NCBI GenBank assembly: GCA_038922455.1
Contig: JBCKWP010000001.1
Coordinates: forward strand, 1 to 42,174
DNA: 42,174 bases
Direction: 5' to 3'
Source of the DNA: Methylobacter sp.
GTDB taxonomy: Bacteria > Pseudomonadota > Gammaproteobacteria > Methylococcales > Methylomonadaceae
Part shown: positions 1 to 9,606 of the stretch, piece by piece
Numbering within the stretch: position 1 is the stretch's first letter
Layout: each line of letters begins with the position of its first letter
Translations under genes and position numbers: made by a program
Notes under the pieces: model-generated
What the model was told of the DNA's origin: nothing
The model's input: only the letters and a program-made list of their open reading frames with translations
Databases searched by the model: none

Positions 1-57
1 CTTGTTCCTAACGCGGCAATAACGGAAGATTCAGACTTATTATTTCATGCCAATAGA

Positions 58-73
58 TGGCATTAATAATGCA
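58..73 (+). promoter_or_regulatory. sigma54 (-24/-12) promoter upstream of fliE
   Basis: TGGCATTAATAATGCA: GG(59-60)-N10-GC(71-72), 38 nt before the fliE ATG; fliE operons are sigma54-dependent in polar-flagellated gammaproteobacteria. Confidence 0.7.
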
Positions 74-110
74 TATAGTTATGTATTATTAAAATAAGTA
101 AGGAAAACCC

Positions 111-422
111 ATGAGTGATATGAATGTAAACCTGGTTTTAGCCCAGATGCGGGCAATGTCATTTCAAGCCGGCGGCTCTGTTCAGAAAACAGACGGGAAT
201 ACTGATTTTTCAGCCTTATTACAACAGTCCCTAGCTGCCGTTAATAACACTCAGAAAAGTGCCGGAAAAATGACGGAAGCTTTTGAAACAGGCGCGTCTA
301 ATGTCAGCTTAGCGGATGTCATGGTGGCTACACAGAAAGCGAGTGTGTCCTTTCAGGCCACGCTACAGGTTAGAAATAAATTGGTTGAAGCTTATCAAGA
401 TGTCATGAATATGCCCATGTAA
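111..422 (+). CDS. fliE: flagellar hook-basal body protein FliE
   Basis: 103 aa, C-terminal QVRNKLVEAYQDVMNMPM motif; first gene of fliEFG. Confidence 0.95.
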   Translation: MSDMNVNLVLAQMRAMSFQAGGSVQKTDGNTDFSALLQQSLAAVNNTQKSAGKMTEAFETGASNVSLADVMVATQKASVSFQATLQVRNKLVEAYQDVMNMPM

Positions 423-485
423 GCCTGGACAAGCTCTCTTGAGCATAGCCGAAGGGCTGGAATTAAAACACGCTGTGATTAAAAA

Positions 486-2270
486 ATGAGTGAACAAAAC
501 GGTAATAACCTGGCGGAGACTACAGGTAGTAACCTGGTGGCGACAACAGGTATTCAGCAGGCTTTAATGGCAAAGAGTGCTGCTCATCCCGCCATGAAAG
601 GTTTGTCTGATCTGACGATGGCACGCCAGCTCGGCCTAATGCTAGGCTTGGCGCTTAGTGTCACTATTGGGGTTGCTATTGTTCTTTGGTCACAGAGTTC
701 CTCTTATGGGCGCTTGTTTTCCGAAATTGGTGAACAGGATGTGGCCGAAATTATTGAGGTTCTGAATACGCAGGGTATTAAGTACAAAGTCGAAGCCGGT
801 TCCGGGGCGATCATGGTGCCGATTGATGATGTCAACGAGGTAAAGCTTAAGTTAGCAGCTTTAGGCCTGCCAAAAAGTAATAGTCTGGGTTATGAATTAC
901 TGGATAAAGATCAGGGCTTCGGTTCCAGTAAAAGCGTTGAGATGGTCCGTTTCCAACGGGCTCTGGAAGGCGAAATAGCCCAAACCATTATGGCTATTCA
1001 GAGTGTAAAAGCCGCCAGGGTGCTGTTAGCCATCCCTGTACAGTCGGTATTTGTGCGGGATCGTAAAAAGCCAAGTGCTTCTGTTATCGTCAATTTATAT
1101 CAGGGTCGATCATTGGATAAAGGCCAAATTGAATCGATTATTCATTTGGTAGCCTCCAGTGTGCCTCAGCTCGAAGCAGAACAGGTGACGGTTGTTGATC
1201 AAAAAGGCCGGTTATTAAATAGCCATGACTCATCATCGCTGAGTTATTTGACGTCTAAACAATTCGAATATAAGAAAGATATTGAAGAACACTTGATGAA
1301 TCGCATTGCAAATATTTTGTCGCCCTTAGTGGGTGACGGCATGCGCGTGCAAGTTTCAGCCGATGTGGACTTTACCGAGACTGACAAAACCCAGGAGCTG
1401 TTCAACCCACAATCATCGGCCCTAAGAAGTGAACAAACATCGGAAGAAAAAAACGCCTTGCCCGCTACTCAGGGTATTCCAGGCGCGTTATCAAATCAGC
1501 CAACGCCGGCTGGAGTAGCGCCGGAAACGATCCCCGCACCCGGCTCAGCACCGGCTTCAACAACCGCCGACGCAGCCGGTTCAAGCGCAAAAAATGCGAC
1601 CAGGAATTTTGAGCTGGATAAAACGATTACTCACACCCGCTTGGCTACCGGATTATTGCGCAGACTGTCCGTTGCCGTGGTTGTTGATGACCGGCATCTA
1701 GCGCAGGCTGACGGAAAGATAAAAGCTGAGACTTATTCCCCGGAGGACATTAATCGCTTCAGTGATCTGGTGAAACAGGCGGTAGGCTTTGACAACGCCC
1801 GAGGCGATCAGGTTACTGTCTCTAATGTCGCCTTCAAAGCACCCGAAGAGCTTGAGGCTTTGCCTGAAATACCGGTTTGGGAACAAGGCTGGTTTCTTGA
1901 TCTGATGAAACAGGTCGCCGCCGTATTAGTGGTATTATTTCTACTTTTTGGCGTGCTTCGACCCACCATGCGCCGTCTTTCTGAAAACGATAAGGAAGCG
2001 AAAAAAGCCGCAGCAGACGCTTTAGCGGAGGAACAAGCAAAGACCAAGGCGATCGGTGGTATTGTCGACTACAATCACGGTCAAGAGGGTATTCCTGCTG
2101 CCAGCCCGGCCTTACACCCAACAACAGCGGCTGAATTACCGGATCATATGGAAGATTTATTGCTTATTGATGTGCCCCATGGTTATGGAAGACGTTTGGA
2201 ATATTTACAAAAACTCGTTGATGGTGATGCGAAAGTCGTTGCTGAAGTCATTAAGAAGTGGCTTAGATGA
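486..2270 (+). CDS. fliF: flagellar MS-ring protein FliF
   Basis: Two TM segments, GYELLD..FG.S, RALEGEIAQTI and AVGFDNARGDQV motifs. Confidence 0.97.
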   Translation: MSEQNGNNLAETTGSNLVATTGIQQALMAKSAAHPAMKGLSDLTMARQLGLMLGLALSVTIGVAIVLWSQSSSYGRLFSEIGEQDVAEIIEVLNTQGIKYKVEAGSGAIMVPIDDVNEVKLKLAALGLPKSNSLGYELLDKDQGFGSSKSVEMVRFQRALEGEIAQTIMAIQSVKAARVLLAIPVQSVFVRDRKKPSASVIVNLYQGRSLDKGQIESIIHLVASSVPQLEAEQVTVVDQKGRLLNSHDSSSLSYLTSKQFEYKKDIEEHLMNRIANILSPLVGDGMRVQVSADVDFTETDKTQELFNPQSSALRSEQTSEEKNALPATQGIPGALSNQPTPAGVAPETIPAPGSAPASTTADAAGSSAKNATRNFELDKTITHTRLATGLLRRLSVAVVVDDRHLAQADGKIKAETYSPEDINRFSDLVKQAVGFDNARGDQVTVSNVAFKAPEELEALPEIPVWEQGWFLDLMKQVAAVLVVLFLLFGVLRPTMRRLSENDKEAKKAAADALAEEQAKTKAIGGIVDYNHGQEGIPAASPALHPTTAAELPDHMEDLLLIDVPHGYGRRLEYLQKLVDGDAKVVAEVIKKWLR

Positions 2271-3274
2271 AGGAGGCCAAGGATTTATCTCAAGCTGAGC
2301 GCGCGGCTTTATTGTTGTTTGTACTAGGAGAGGACAGGGCTGCGGCGGTTCTAAAGCACATAGAACCCGAAGAAGTACAAGCCATAGGCTTCGCTATGGC
2401 AAGATTGACCGATATTTCACCGTCAATGGTTGATGATGTACTGGGGGAGATTATTGTCGCGGTAAGAAATTCGACTGCGCTGGGTATGGAGTCAGATGGT
2501 TATATCCGTAACATGTTGATTCAGGCTCTGGGCATAGAACAAGCCACTGGTATCATTGAGCGAATTTTTGTGAGCCGTGGGGGGAGAGGCATTGAACAAT
2601 TGAAATGGATGGATGCCGTGTCGATTGCAGACATGGTGCAATTTGAACATCCGCAAGTCGGCGCCATTATTTTGTCTTTACTGGGCAGTGAGAGGGCCGC
2701 TGAGGTCATGCAGCGCTTACCTGAAAACAAGCGTTTCGAGCTGCTACTTAGAATTGCAACGATGCAAGGTGTACAGCCATCTGCTTTGCGTGAACTGGAT
2801 GAAATCATGGAAAAACAGCTCAGTGGCAGTGAAACTGGCAAGGCTACCGTTATCGGTGGAGTTCAAGCCGCTGCAAATATTTTAAATTTCATGGACGGTG
2901 CTGACAGCAATTTAATGCTGACGAAGGTTTCCGAAAACGATGCTGAGCTGGCTTTAAACATTCAGGATAAAATGTTTGTTTTTGAAGATCTTGCTTCCAT
3001 GAGTGCAAGCGCTATGCAAACAGTGTTGCGGGAGATTCCAACCGGTCAGCTGTTATTAGCGTTACGTGGAGCCACTGAAGGTCTTAAAGAAAAAATATTT
3101 AGCAATATGTCCAAGCGGGCAGCAGACATACTGCGTGATGATTTGGAGTCTGCACCACCGGCCAAATTAAGTGAAGTAGAGTTTGCCCAGAAAGAGATAT
3201 TGGGCATGATCAAGAAAATGGTGGACTCCGGTATAATCGAGTTAGGCGGTGATGGCAACGATGAGCTCATCTGA
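2267..3274 (+). CDS. fliG: flagellar motor switch protein FliG
   Basis: EHPQ, GGVQAAA and MFVFEDL motifs; overlaps fliF stop. Confidence 0.97.
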   Translation: MKEAKDLSQAERAALLLFVLGEDRAAAVLKHIEPEEVQAIGFAMARLTDISPSMVDDVLGEIIVAVRNSTALGMESDGYIRNMLIQALGIEQATGIIERIFVSRGGRGIEQLKWMDAVSIADMVQFEHPQVGAIILSLLGSERAAEVMQRLPENKRFELLLRIATMQGVQPSALRELDEIMEKQLSGSETGKATVIGGVQAAANILNFMDGADSNLMLTKVSENDAELALNIQDKMFVFEDLASMSASAMQTVLREIPTGQLLLALRGATEGLKEKIFSNMSKRAADILRDDLESAPPAKLSEVEFAQKEILGMIKKMVDSGIIELGGDGNDELI

Positions 3275-4133
3275 ACTATCAGAATTCTCGGCAGCCGAGC
3301 TGGCATCGTTAAGTGTATGGCGACTGCCTGATGTTTCCGTAAAATCAGCAACAGTGGATTTGGAAATCATTCAAGATTTTAATCCTCTAACAATTCCTGT
3401 TTTAACGGTAGATGAAATCGAAGCCATGCAAAAGCAGGCGTATGACGAAGCGCTTGCACAAGGTAACAAGGATGGTTATAGCCAAGGTTTTAAGGAAGGC
3501 TCAAGGCAAGGCTACGCCGAAAATGTGCAGGCATTGCAAAAACAGGCGGCGGCGTTTGTCAGTCTTATGGATGCATTAAGCCAGCCGTTTAAAGATCTCG
3601 ATGCCGAAGTGGAAAAAGAGTTGGTTAAGCTGGCTATGGCTATTGCAAGGCAAATAATACACAGGGAAATAAAACTGGATCCAGGGCAAGTTATTGCCAC
3701 AGTCAGGGAAGCGATAAAAGCATTGCCGTTATCGGCACAGAAAATCAGCTTGTATTTACACCCTGAAGATGCCGAACTGGTGCGTTCTGCATTGTCATTG
3801 GATGAAATGTCTCCGGCCTGGCGGATTGTTGAGGATCCATTCATTACCCATGGCGGCTGCAAGGTCGATAGCGAAGTTTCTCATATTGATGCGACTGTAG
3901 AAAATCGATTGGCTGCCGTTATCGCAACGCTATTTGGCGGCGAACGGGAACACGACGTCAAGGATGCAGGAGGTACGACCCCAAGGACGGGGGAGGTAGA
4001 ATCGCGTCTGGAACAGCGATCGACAGCACCCACAGTAGGTGCTTTAGGCGATGCAGGAGCAATTGCCGACGACTGCACGGATGCAGGAGGTAGAGCAATG
4101 CCGAGAGCGATTACCGAGGATGAAAATTCATGA
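3261..4133 (+). CDS. fliH: flagellar assembly protein FliH with repeat-derived C-terminal extension
   Basis: W.LP N-terminus, GxxxG repeats, LHPED and GGC.V motifs; start uncertain (3249 or 3261). Confidence 0.93.
   Translation: MSSSELSEFSAAELASLSVWRLPDVSVKSATVDLEIIQDFNPLTIPVLTVDEIEAMQKQAYDEALAQGNKDGYSQGFKEGSRQGYAENVQALQKQAAAFVSLMDALSQPFKDLDAEVEKELVKLAMAIARQIIHREIKLDPGQVIATVREAIKALPLSAQKISLYLHPEDAELVRSALSLDEMSPAWRIVEDPFITHGGCKVDSEVSHIDATVENRLAAVIATLFGGEREHDVKDAGGTTPRTGEVESRLEQRSTAPTVGALGDAGAIADDCTDAGGRAMPRAITEDENS
3954..4118 (+). repeat. clustered short repeats (GATGCAGGAG x3) in frame at the fliH 3' end
   Basis: GGATGCAGGAGGTA at 3962-3975 and 4079-4092; GATGCAGGAG at 4050-4059; small hairpin GCACC..GGTGC at 4026-4042. 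Confidence 0.65.
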
Positions 4134-5491
4134 TTCCCACTGCAGATAGAGCACAGATTTGGCTGAGTCAATTAAAACCCTACTGCAATAGATTGGCTGA
4201 AACGCCTGAGCTCATTGTTGAGGGTACGCTTTTCCGTATGGTCGGGCTGACACTGGAAGCGGTGGGATGCAGAGCCGCTATTGGTTCGCGGTGCCGGATT
4301 GAGACTAAAAGCGGCAGAACCATCGAAGCGGAAGTGGTTGGTTTTGCCGGTGAGCGGCTTTTTTTGATGCCGACAGGCGAGTTGCATGGGCTTGAGCCGG
4401 GTTGTCGTGTGATTCCTTTGGGTAAAAGTAGTCTGGCTCGCGTCGGCCATGGTTTATTAGGCAGAGTTCTGGACGGCGCAGGAAATCCGTTAGATGATAA
4501 AGGCCCGCTGAAAATCGAGGCGCAGATTTCACTTAATGGCGTGCCCATCAATCCTTTGTCGAGAAAACCGATACGAGAATCACTGGATGTCGGGGTCAGG
4601 GCGATTAATTCAATCCTGTGCGTGGGTCGTGGACAGCGTATGGGCCTGTTTGCCGGCACCGGCGTGGGCAAGAGTATTTTGTTAGGGATGATGACAAAAT
4701 TTACCACCGCCGATATTGTTGTGGTCGGCTTGATTGGTGAGCGGGGACGTGAGGTCAATGAGTTTGTGCAGAAAATTCTGGGCGAAGAAGGCCTTAAAAA
4801 AGCCGTGGTGGTTGCAACCCCTGCCGATTGCCCGCCCTTGATGCGAGTACATGGGGCATTATTGGCAACCAGTATTGCCGAATATTTTCGTGATCAGGGT
4901 CTTGATGTTTTGTTATTAATGGATTCATTAACGCGATTTGCCCAAGCGCATCGTGAAATTGCTTTAGCTATTGATGAGCCGCCTGCGACCAAAGGCTATC
5001 CGCCTTCGGTGTTTTCCAGGCTACCGCACCTGGTAGAACGAGCCGGTAATGCCAATGTAGGCGGCGGCTCAATAACGGCATTCTATACGGTGTTAACTGA
5101 AGGCGATGACCATAATGATCCTATTGCCGATGCCGCCAGAGGGGTTTTGGATGGGCACATTGTTTTATCCAGAAGCCTTGCTGAAGCCGGACATTTTCCG
5201 GCGATAGACATAGAGGCATCCGTGAGCCGCGTCATGCCGGATATTGTTGATGCCAGACATTTGCAGATGGCGAGGGAGGTCCGGCGCTTGTATTCTCTTT
5301 ATCAGCAAAACCGGGATCTCATCAGTGTAGGCGCTTATCAACCTGGGGCTGATCCTCGGATTGACCTGGCCATTGCAAAAAATGCTGCCATTGTTGATTT
5401 TCTGCAACAGGATATGAATGAAGCGGTTGATATGGCCCGTAGTCTGCATGATTTGGAAGCTTTGTTAGGCCTAAGTAAGGTGGCTAGCTGA
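4130..5491 (+). CDS. fliI: flagellum-specific export ATPase FliI
   Basis: Walker A AGTGVGKS, LIGERGREV, DSLTRFA and GYPPSVF motifs. Confidence 0.98.
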   Translation: MIPTADRAQIWLSQLKPYCNRLAETPELIVEGTLFRMVGLTLEAVGCRAAIGSRCRIETKSGRTIEAEVVGFAGERLFLMPTGELHGLEPGCRVIPLGKSSLARVGHGLLGRVLDGAGNPLDDKGPLKIEAQISLNGVPINPLSRKPIRESLDVGVRAINSILCVGRGQRMGLFAGTGVGKSILLGMMTKFTTADIVVVGLIGERGREVNEFVQKILGEEGLKKAVVVATPADCPPLMRVHGALLATSIAEYFRDQGLDVLLLMDSLTRFAQAHREIALAIDEPPATKGYPPSVFSRLPHLVERAGNANVGGGSITAFYTVLTEGDDHNDPIADAARGVLDGHIVLSRSLAEAGHFPAIDIEASVSRVMPDIVDARHLQMAREVRRLYSLYQQNRDLISVGAYQPGADPRIDLAIAKNAAIVDFLQQDMNEAVDMARSLHDLEALLGLSKVAS

Positions 5492-5952
5492 TGGTGAAAA
5501 AATCACAGCGTATTAAAGCCATAGTCGACATTAAAGCGACACAGGAAAAAAGCGCTTTGGAAGCATTAGGAGCATCCCAGCGAAAATTGTTGGCAGCGCA
5601 AGCGCAAGTGGACAGTTTAAGAACATACCGGCAGGAATATCAGGATAGATCTAATCAACTAGGGTGCGAGGGTATCAGTGTTGTCCGGTTACTGGAATTC
5701 AGATCATTTATGGAAAAGCTGGATCAGGCAATAGCGGGCCAGGAACATTCTATGAGCGAGTGTGAAACAGACTTAATGACTAAAAGAAAAGTCTGGGAAG
5801 GACTGCATCACCGGACGCAAAGCCTGCAAAAAGTGTGTAATGCGGCATTGGTCGCAGAGCTAAAACAGGAAGCCAAGCTCGAACAGTTGGAGCAGGATGA
5901 GCGTGCCTCCAGATCAGGGCGGAATAGTTCAGGTGGCATGAGAAATGCCTGA
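5491..5952 (+). CDS. fliJ: flagellar export protein FliJ
   Basis: 153-aa coiled coil ending EQLEQDERA; follows fliI. Confidence 0.9.
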   Translation: MVKKSQRIKAIVDIKATQEKSALEALGASQRKLLAAQAQVDSLRTYRQEYQDRSNQLGCEGISVVRLLEFRSFMEKLDQAIAGQEHSMSECETDLMTKRKVWEGLHHRTQSLQKVCNAALVAELKQEAKLEQLEQDERASRSGRNSSGGMRNA

Positions 5953-6069
5953 GTTTATGTGTTATGCAGGAGTCGGAAGCCATGCCCCGTTCAGTTTCTT
6001 TGCCGATATTCTCTTTGAATCTGCTGCATGTAGCGCTGGACGGTGTTTTCAAATGCGGGTGTTATTTGG

Positions 6070-7261
6070 TTGACATCCTCTCCGCCCTAAAGGACGTGGA
6101 TTCCTACTGCTAGACGCTTATGCCCAAGCGCGAGAATGTTCCTAGCCGCATTAATATCTCTATCATGCGTAGCGCCACACTCGGCGCAAGTCCATTCTCT
6201 TATTCGCAAACCTGCTCTACCTTTCGGACTACTTTGGCTAATCAAGCCACAGCACGAACAAGTTTGGGTAGTGTAGTTTTCGTTGACTTCTAAAAACACG
6301 CCTTGCGTCGCTATCGACTTATATTCAAGTTGTGTTTTCAGCATGAATCAGCCAGCGTCTAAAACGGATTTAGCCATTTTAGTTTTAGCGAGTTTCTTAC
6401 TGCTGATGTTGCCAACGACTATTAAACTGTTTTCTTTTACAATTTTGTGGGTGAATTTGTGTATTGCGTCCTTGCGGGTGTTCTTTATCTTAGCGTGGAT
6501 GGCTCTAACGCGCTTTTTGTCTTTAGCACGTTGTGCTTTTCCAAGTTTAAATTCTAAATTTCTGTAGCAATCCTGGCGCTCCAAGGTGTCGCCATTTGAG
6601 CAGGTCGCGGTTGTTTTTAAGCCTAAATCAATCCCGACTTGTCCGCCTTGAGCCGCTTGTGCCACCGCTTCAACATGAATAACGATATTGAAATACCAGC
6701 GACCGCGTGAATCTTGACTCAAGCAGCCTGAGCGAAAATCAAACTGACTCAAGCCGTAACTATCCCAGCACTTGAAATAATGCCCTGCATACCTTATTTG
6801 ACCGTTAACCCATTTAGCCGCGCCCGATTTGAATGGAACCCAGCCTAAGGCTTTTTTGCTACCCCCAGAACACCGCCAATTCAGCTTGTTCTTTTTGAAC
6901 TGTTTACGCGCTTTAGCATGAATGGCAATGGTTTCTTGAAACGCCGTCGAGTCGATAATCATGCCGCGTTCTTTGCGGATGACCTTTAACTCTTTCATCA
7001 GGTCAAAAGCCGAGGTACCAAAGTTCATGTAACCGACTTCTGGAACAGCTACCCACGATAATTCAGCGGAATCCGCATTAGCTGCGTTCCATACTTGATT
7101 AACATCAAAGGCCATACGATTTAACACGCTGGCGTGTTTATCGCGGACTCTGACTGAAAGGGTTTTTGTTATCGGTTTCATGACTGGAATATTAACATTA
7201 AGAAAAATCAACAGCACCCTTACATCCCCCACCTGAAGGAAGGGGCTTTACGGGCTTATTG
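6070..7261 (-). mobile_element. IS200/IS605-family tnpB-only element, copy 1 (1192 bp)
   Basis: Minus strand: TTAAC|CAATAAGCCCGTAAAG-hairpin ... GAAT-hairpin-GGATGTCAA; same length and ends as copy at 14580-15771; no TIR or TSD. Confidence 0.9.
6087..7181 (-). pseudogene. tnpB: TnpB RNA-guided endonuclease with nonsense mutation
   Basis: TGG>TGA at 6348-6350 (DAG*F versus DAGWF in copy 2) splits it into the 294-aa and 85-aa ORFs; GIDLG, CxxC..CxxC and DRDINAA present. Confidence 0.9.
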
Positions 7262-7281
7262 GTTAACGGGTAACGAACAAG

Positions 7282-8835
7282 CTATGCATATAGACTCAAT
7301 AAACCTTTACCAACAACAGCCCCATCATGTTCAATTTTTTCTAGGGTGTTGGTAACGCCGTCAATACCTTGCTCACTATTTTCTGGTGTTTTAGAAAAAG
7401 CTTGAGATTGTGATCGCCCTTGATCTGACGTAGAGTTCTGGGAAATATTTACATTGACCAGATTGAGCTGCTGAGTAGCCAGCATTTCCCGTAACTTGGG
7501 AATGGAGGCTTCAAGCATTTCTTTGACTTCCACATGCTGCGCTGTAAACATAATAGTTGCTTGATCTTTATTAACATCAATACGAATTGATATGGGTCCA
7601 AGATGCTCTGGATTCAGCTTGATTTCTGCTGCCGATATGGCTTTGTTATTCATCCATATAATCTGTTCACCCAGATCTTTGCTCCAGCCGGGATGCGTTA
7701 AAGGTCTTGTTATTGCCGGACTATCTGTTCTGCTGTCAATCAGCCTATGGGGTGTAAGCATATCTGCGGTAACTCCAGGTGCCATTTTTTCTATACCGGA
7801 AATGGAGGTCTGCTTTTCAAGCAACGCCGTTTTTTCAGCGGGATCTGTATTTTCCATGGCTTGTAAATTAAAACCCTGTCCATTCTGAATTGACTGGCGA
7901 AGAACAGTTTCTTTTTGCAGAAAATCGCCTGAGATAACATCCTCCTCACCCAGCATATTCAATTGAGCCTCATCAGGCAAAGGCGTTGCCAACGACGGTC
8001 CATTTAAAGCCATTGCCGCACTCATGTTTTGTGCTGTTGCCAATTCATCAGGCGTAAGGGATTTTAGCGCGTCAGTTAACGTAAGCAAAGTGGCTTCCTG
8101 GGCAACATCCTCACCCAGCATGTTCAATTTAGCCTCTTCAGGCAAAGGCCTTGCCAACGACGGTCCATTTACAGCCATTGCCGCACCCATGTTTTGTGCT
8201 GTTGCCAATTCATCAGACGTAAGGGATTTTAGCGCGTCAGTTACCGTAAGCAAAGTGGCTTCCTGGGCAACATCCTTGTTAAGGTCACTAGCAGCATTTT
8301 CTTGGTATGACAGGGGCAAATGCTCGTCGAGCCAAGCGGCAAGCTCTTCTTCGCCACCCTTCTGTTTCAGTAAGTCGCCTATGTCATGCAGGGTGTTTAT
8401 GGTTGGCGACTTAGTCATAATTTGCAACTGTTCGGATAATTCGATCTGGCCGTTTTCTTCTCTTAGCAAGCCTATCTGTCCCCTTAAGGCATTCGAAAAA
8501 TCTTTAGGAATGGCGCTATTTTTCGGCGAAGACTGAATCTTTACTTCAGTCGTACTCGTGCCGTGTGACACGGGTAATGAATTTACCAGAGAAGCCCGTA
8601 AAGCCCCTTCCTTTAGGTGGGGGATGTAAGGGTGCTTTTGATTTGTCTCTATAGTCATGTATAATTTTCCTGTTGGTTAGGCTGTAGCTGTCTAACTCCT
8701 GCTGTCTAGTAGTGATACGGGGACAGTGTGAAATAAGAGGAATAGCATCTTCCTCCCGTTCGGGCATGGACGGCTGTACTAAGGAATCCCCGTCATTCAT
8801 GAGGGGGTGGATGTCAAACCTTGTGTATTTATCAT
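7282..8835 (-). CDS. fliK: flagellar hook-length control protein FliK, interrupted after codon 6 by a 231-bp element; in-frame alternative ATG at 8658
   Basis: C-terminal AEIKLNPEHLGPI...LEASIPKLREML...GLLSLYA domain; removing 8587-8817 gives MINTQG|VNSLPVS with GGAG RBS upstream of 8835. Confidence 0.88.
7945..8274 (-). repeat. 2 x 165-bp (55-aa) tandem duplication in fliK
   Basis: DVAQEATLLT...NMLGE twice; CTCACCCAGCAT at 7945 and 8110, GGCAACATCC ending at 8110 and 8275. Confidence 0.95.
8587..8817 (+). mobile_element. non-autonomous IS605-type mini-element (PATE-like), family A copy 1, 231 bp
   Basis: TTTAC|CAGAGAAGCCCGTAAAGCCCC... left end and ...GGAATCCCCGTC...GGATGTCAA right end shared with the tnpB elements; near-identical copy at 36098-36330. 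Confidence 0.9.
8638..8665 (+). promoter_or_regulatory. sigma70-like promoter inside mini-element
   Basis: TTGATT-N16-TATAAT; conserved in the second copy (36250-36277, minus strand). Confidence 0.65.
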
Positions 8836-8837
8836 GC
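8672..8837 (+). ncRNA. predicted stand-alone TnpB omegaRNA (scaffold ~8672-8817 plus flanking guide)
   Basis: Sequence blocks and stems homologous to the tnpB 3' end/right end, compensatory changes, GGCAU/AUGUC pseudoknot; 5' end inferred from promoter. Confidence 0.65.
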
Positions 8838-8859
8838 CCTGCTCCGAGATCGCTACTGA

Positions 8860-9249
8860 TTAAGTCAGCATGCTATTAATTCTTTTCACCAAATCGGCAG
8901 GTTTATACGGTTTTATCATATAAGCCGTTATGCCCGCCTCAATTGCTTCTTTAACCTTACTGCCTTCAGATGAAGACGTTAGCATGATGAAAGGCGTTTT
9001 TGCTAGCTTGGGTTCTTCTTGTACCGCTTTAAAAAATTCCAGTCCACTCATCACCGGCATGTTCCAGTCGCAGACCACGATATTAACCTTGACTTTCCGC
9101 ATCAGTTTTAGCGCCTCCTGTCCATCCGGCGCATCAAAAACATGTGTGAAACCGGCTTCTCGCAAAATAGCCTTGGTCAGGCTGCGCATGGACAAGACAT
9201 CGTCGACAATCAGGATTTTACTTTGTAGCAGTTCTTTGGTTATATCCAT
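8860..9249 (-). CDS. CheY-like single-domain response regulator
   Basis: ILIVDD, CDWNMPVMSG, MLTS and KPY receiver motifs. Confidence 0.9.
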   Translation of the reverse strand: MDITKELLQSKILIVDDVLSMRSLTKAILREAGFTHVFDAPDGQEALKLMRKVKVNIVVCDWNMPVMSGLEFFKAVQEEPKLAKTPFIMLTSSSEGSKVKEAIEAGITAYMIKPYKPADLVKRINSMLT

Positions 9250-9606
9250 TATTATTCCATATTACTCAGCTGATGTTACGCACCCATCATGAAAAATCAA
9301 TGAGTTATAAAAATTCCAATTCGCTACAGCTATTGATTCTTCTACAGGCCTGCGTAACATCAGTTACTCAGGATGCCAATAAATTAAATTGGATCGCATA
9401 TTCTTCAACTATACATCAAAATCAGGGGACTATTCAAAGCTAGCCATGATAACCGATTTAGGCACTTTGATCGTAATGCGACGAAGCCCTAAATTTCAAC
9501 TAGAAAATCGGCACGAAAAAAAATCTTCCTCTATAATGTCAAAAACCCTAAATAATACAACATTTTGGCCTTTCTTGGTTTAAGAATACAACACATGGAG
9601 AAAACA

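Noticed and set aside
6087-6344. 85-aa zinc-ribbon ORF as a separate gene
   Set aside because: It is the in-frame C-terminus of the nonsense-interrupted tnpB
8546-8800. 84-aa ORF, and the similar N-terminus of ORF 36148-36576
   Set aside because: Antisense reading of the family A mini-element; the similarity reflects the DNA repeat, not a protein family
8587-8817. Self-splicing IStron explanation for the 231-bp (3n) insert in fliK
   Set aside because: The element is antisense to fliK and no group I intron core is recognisable
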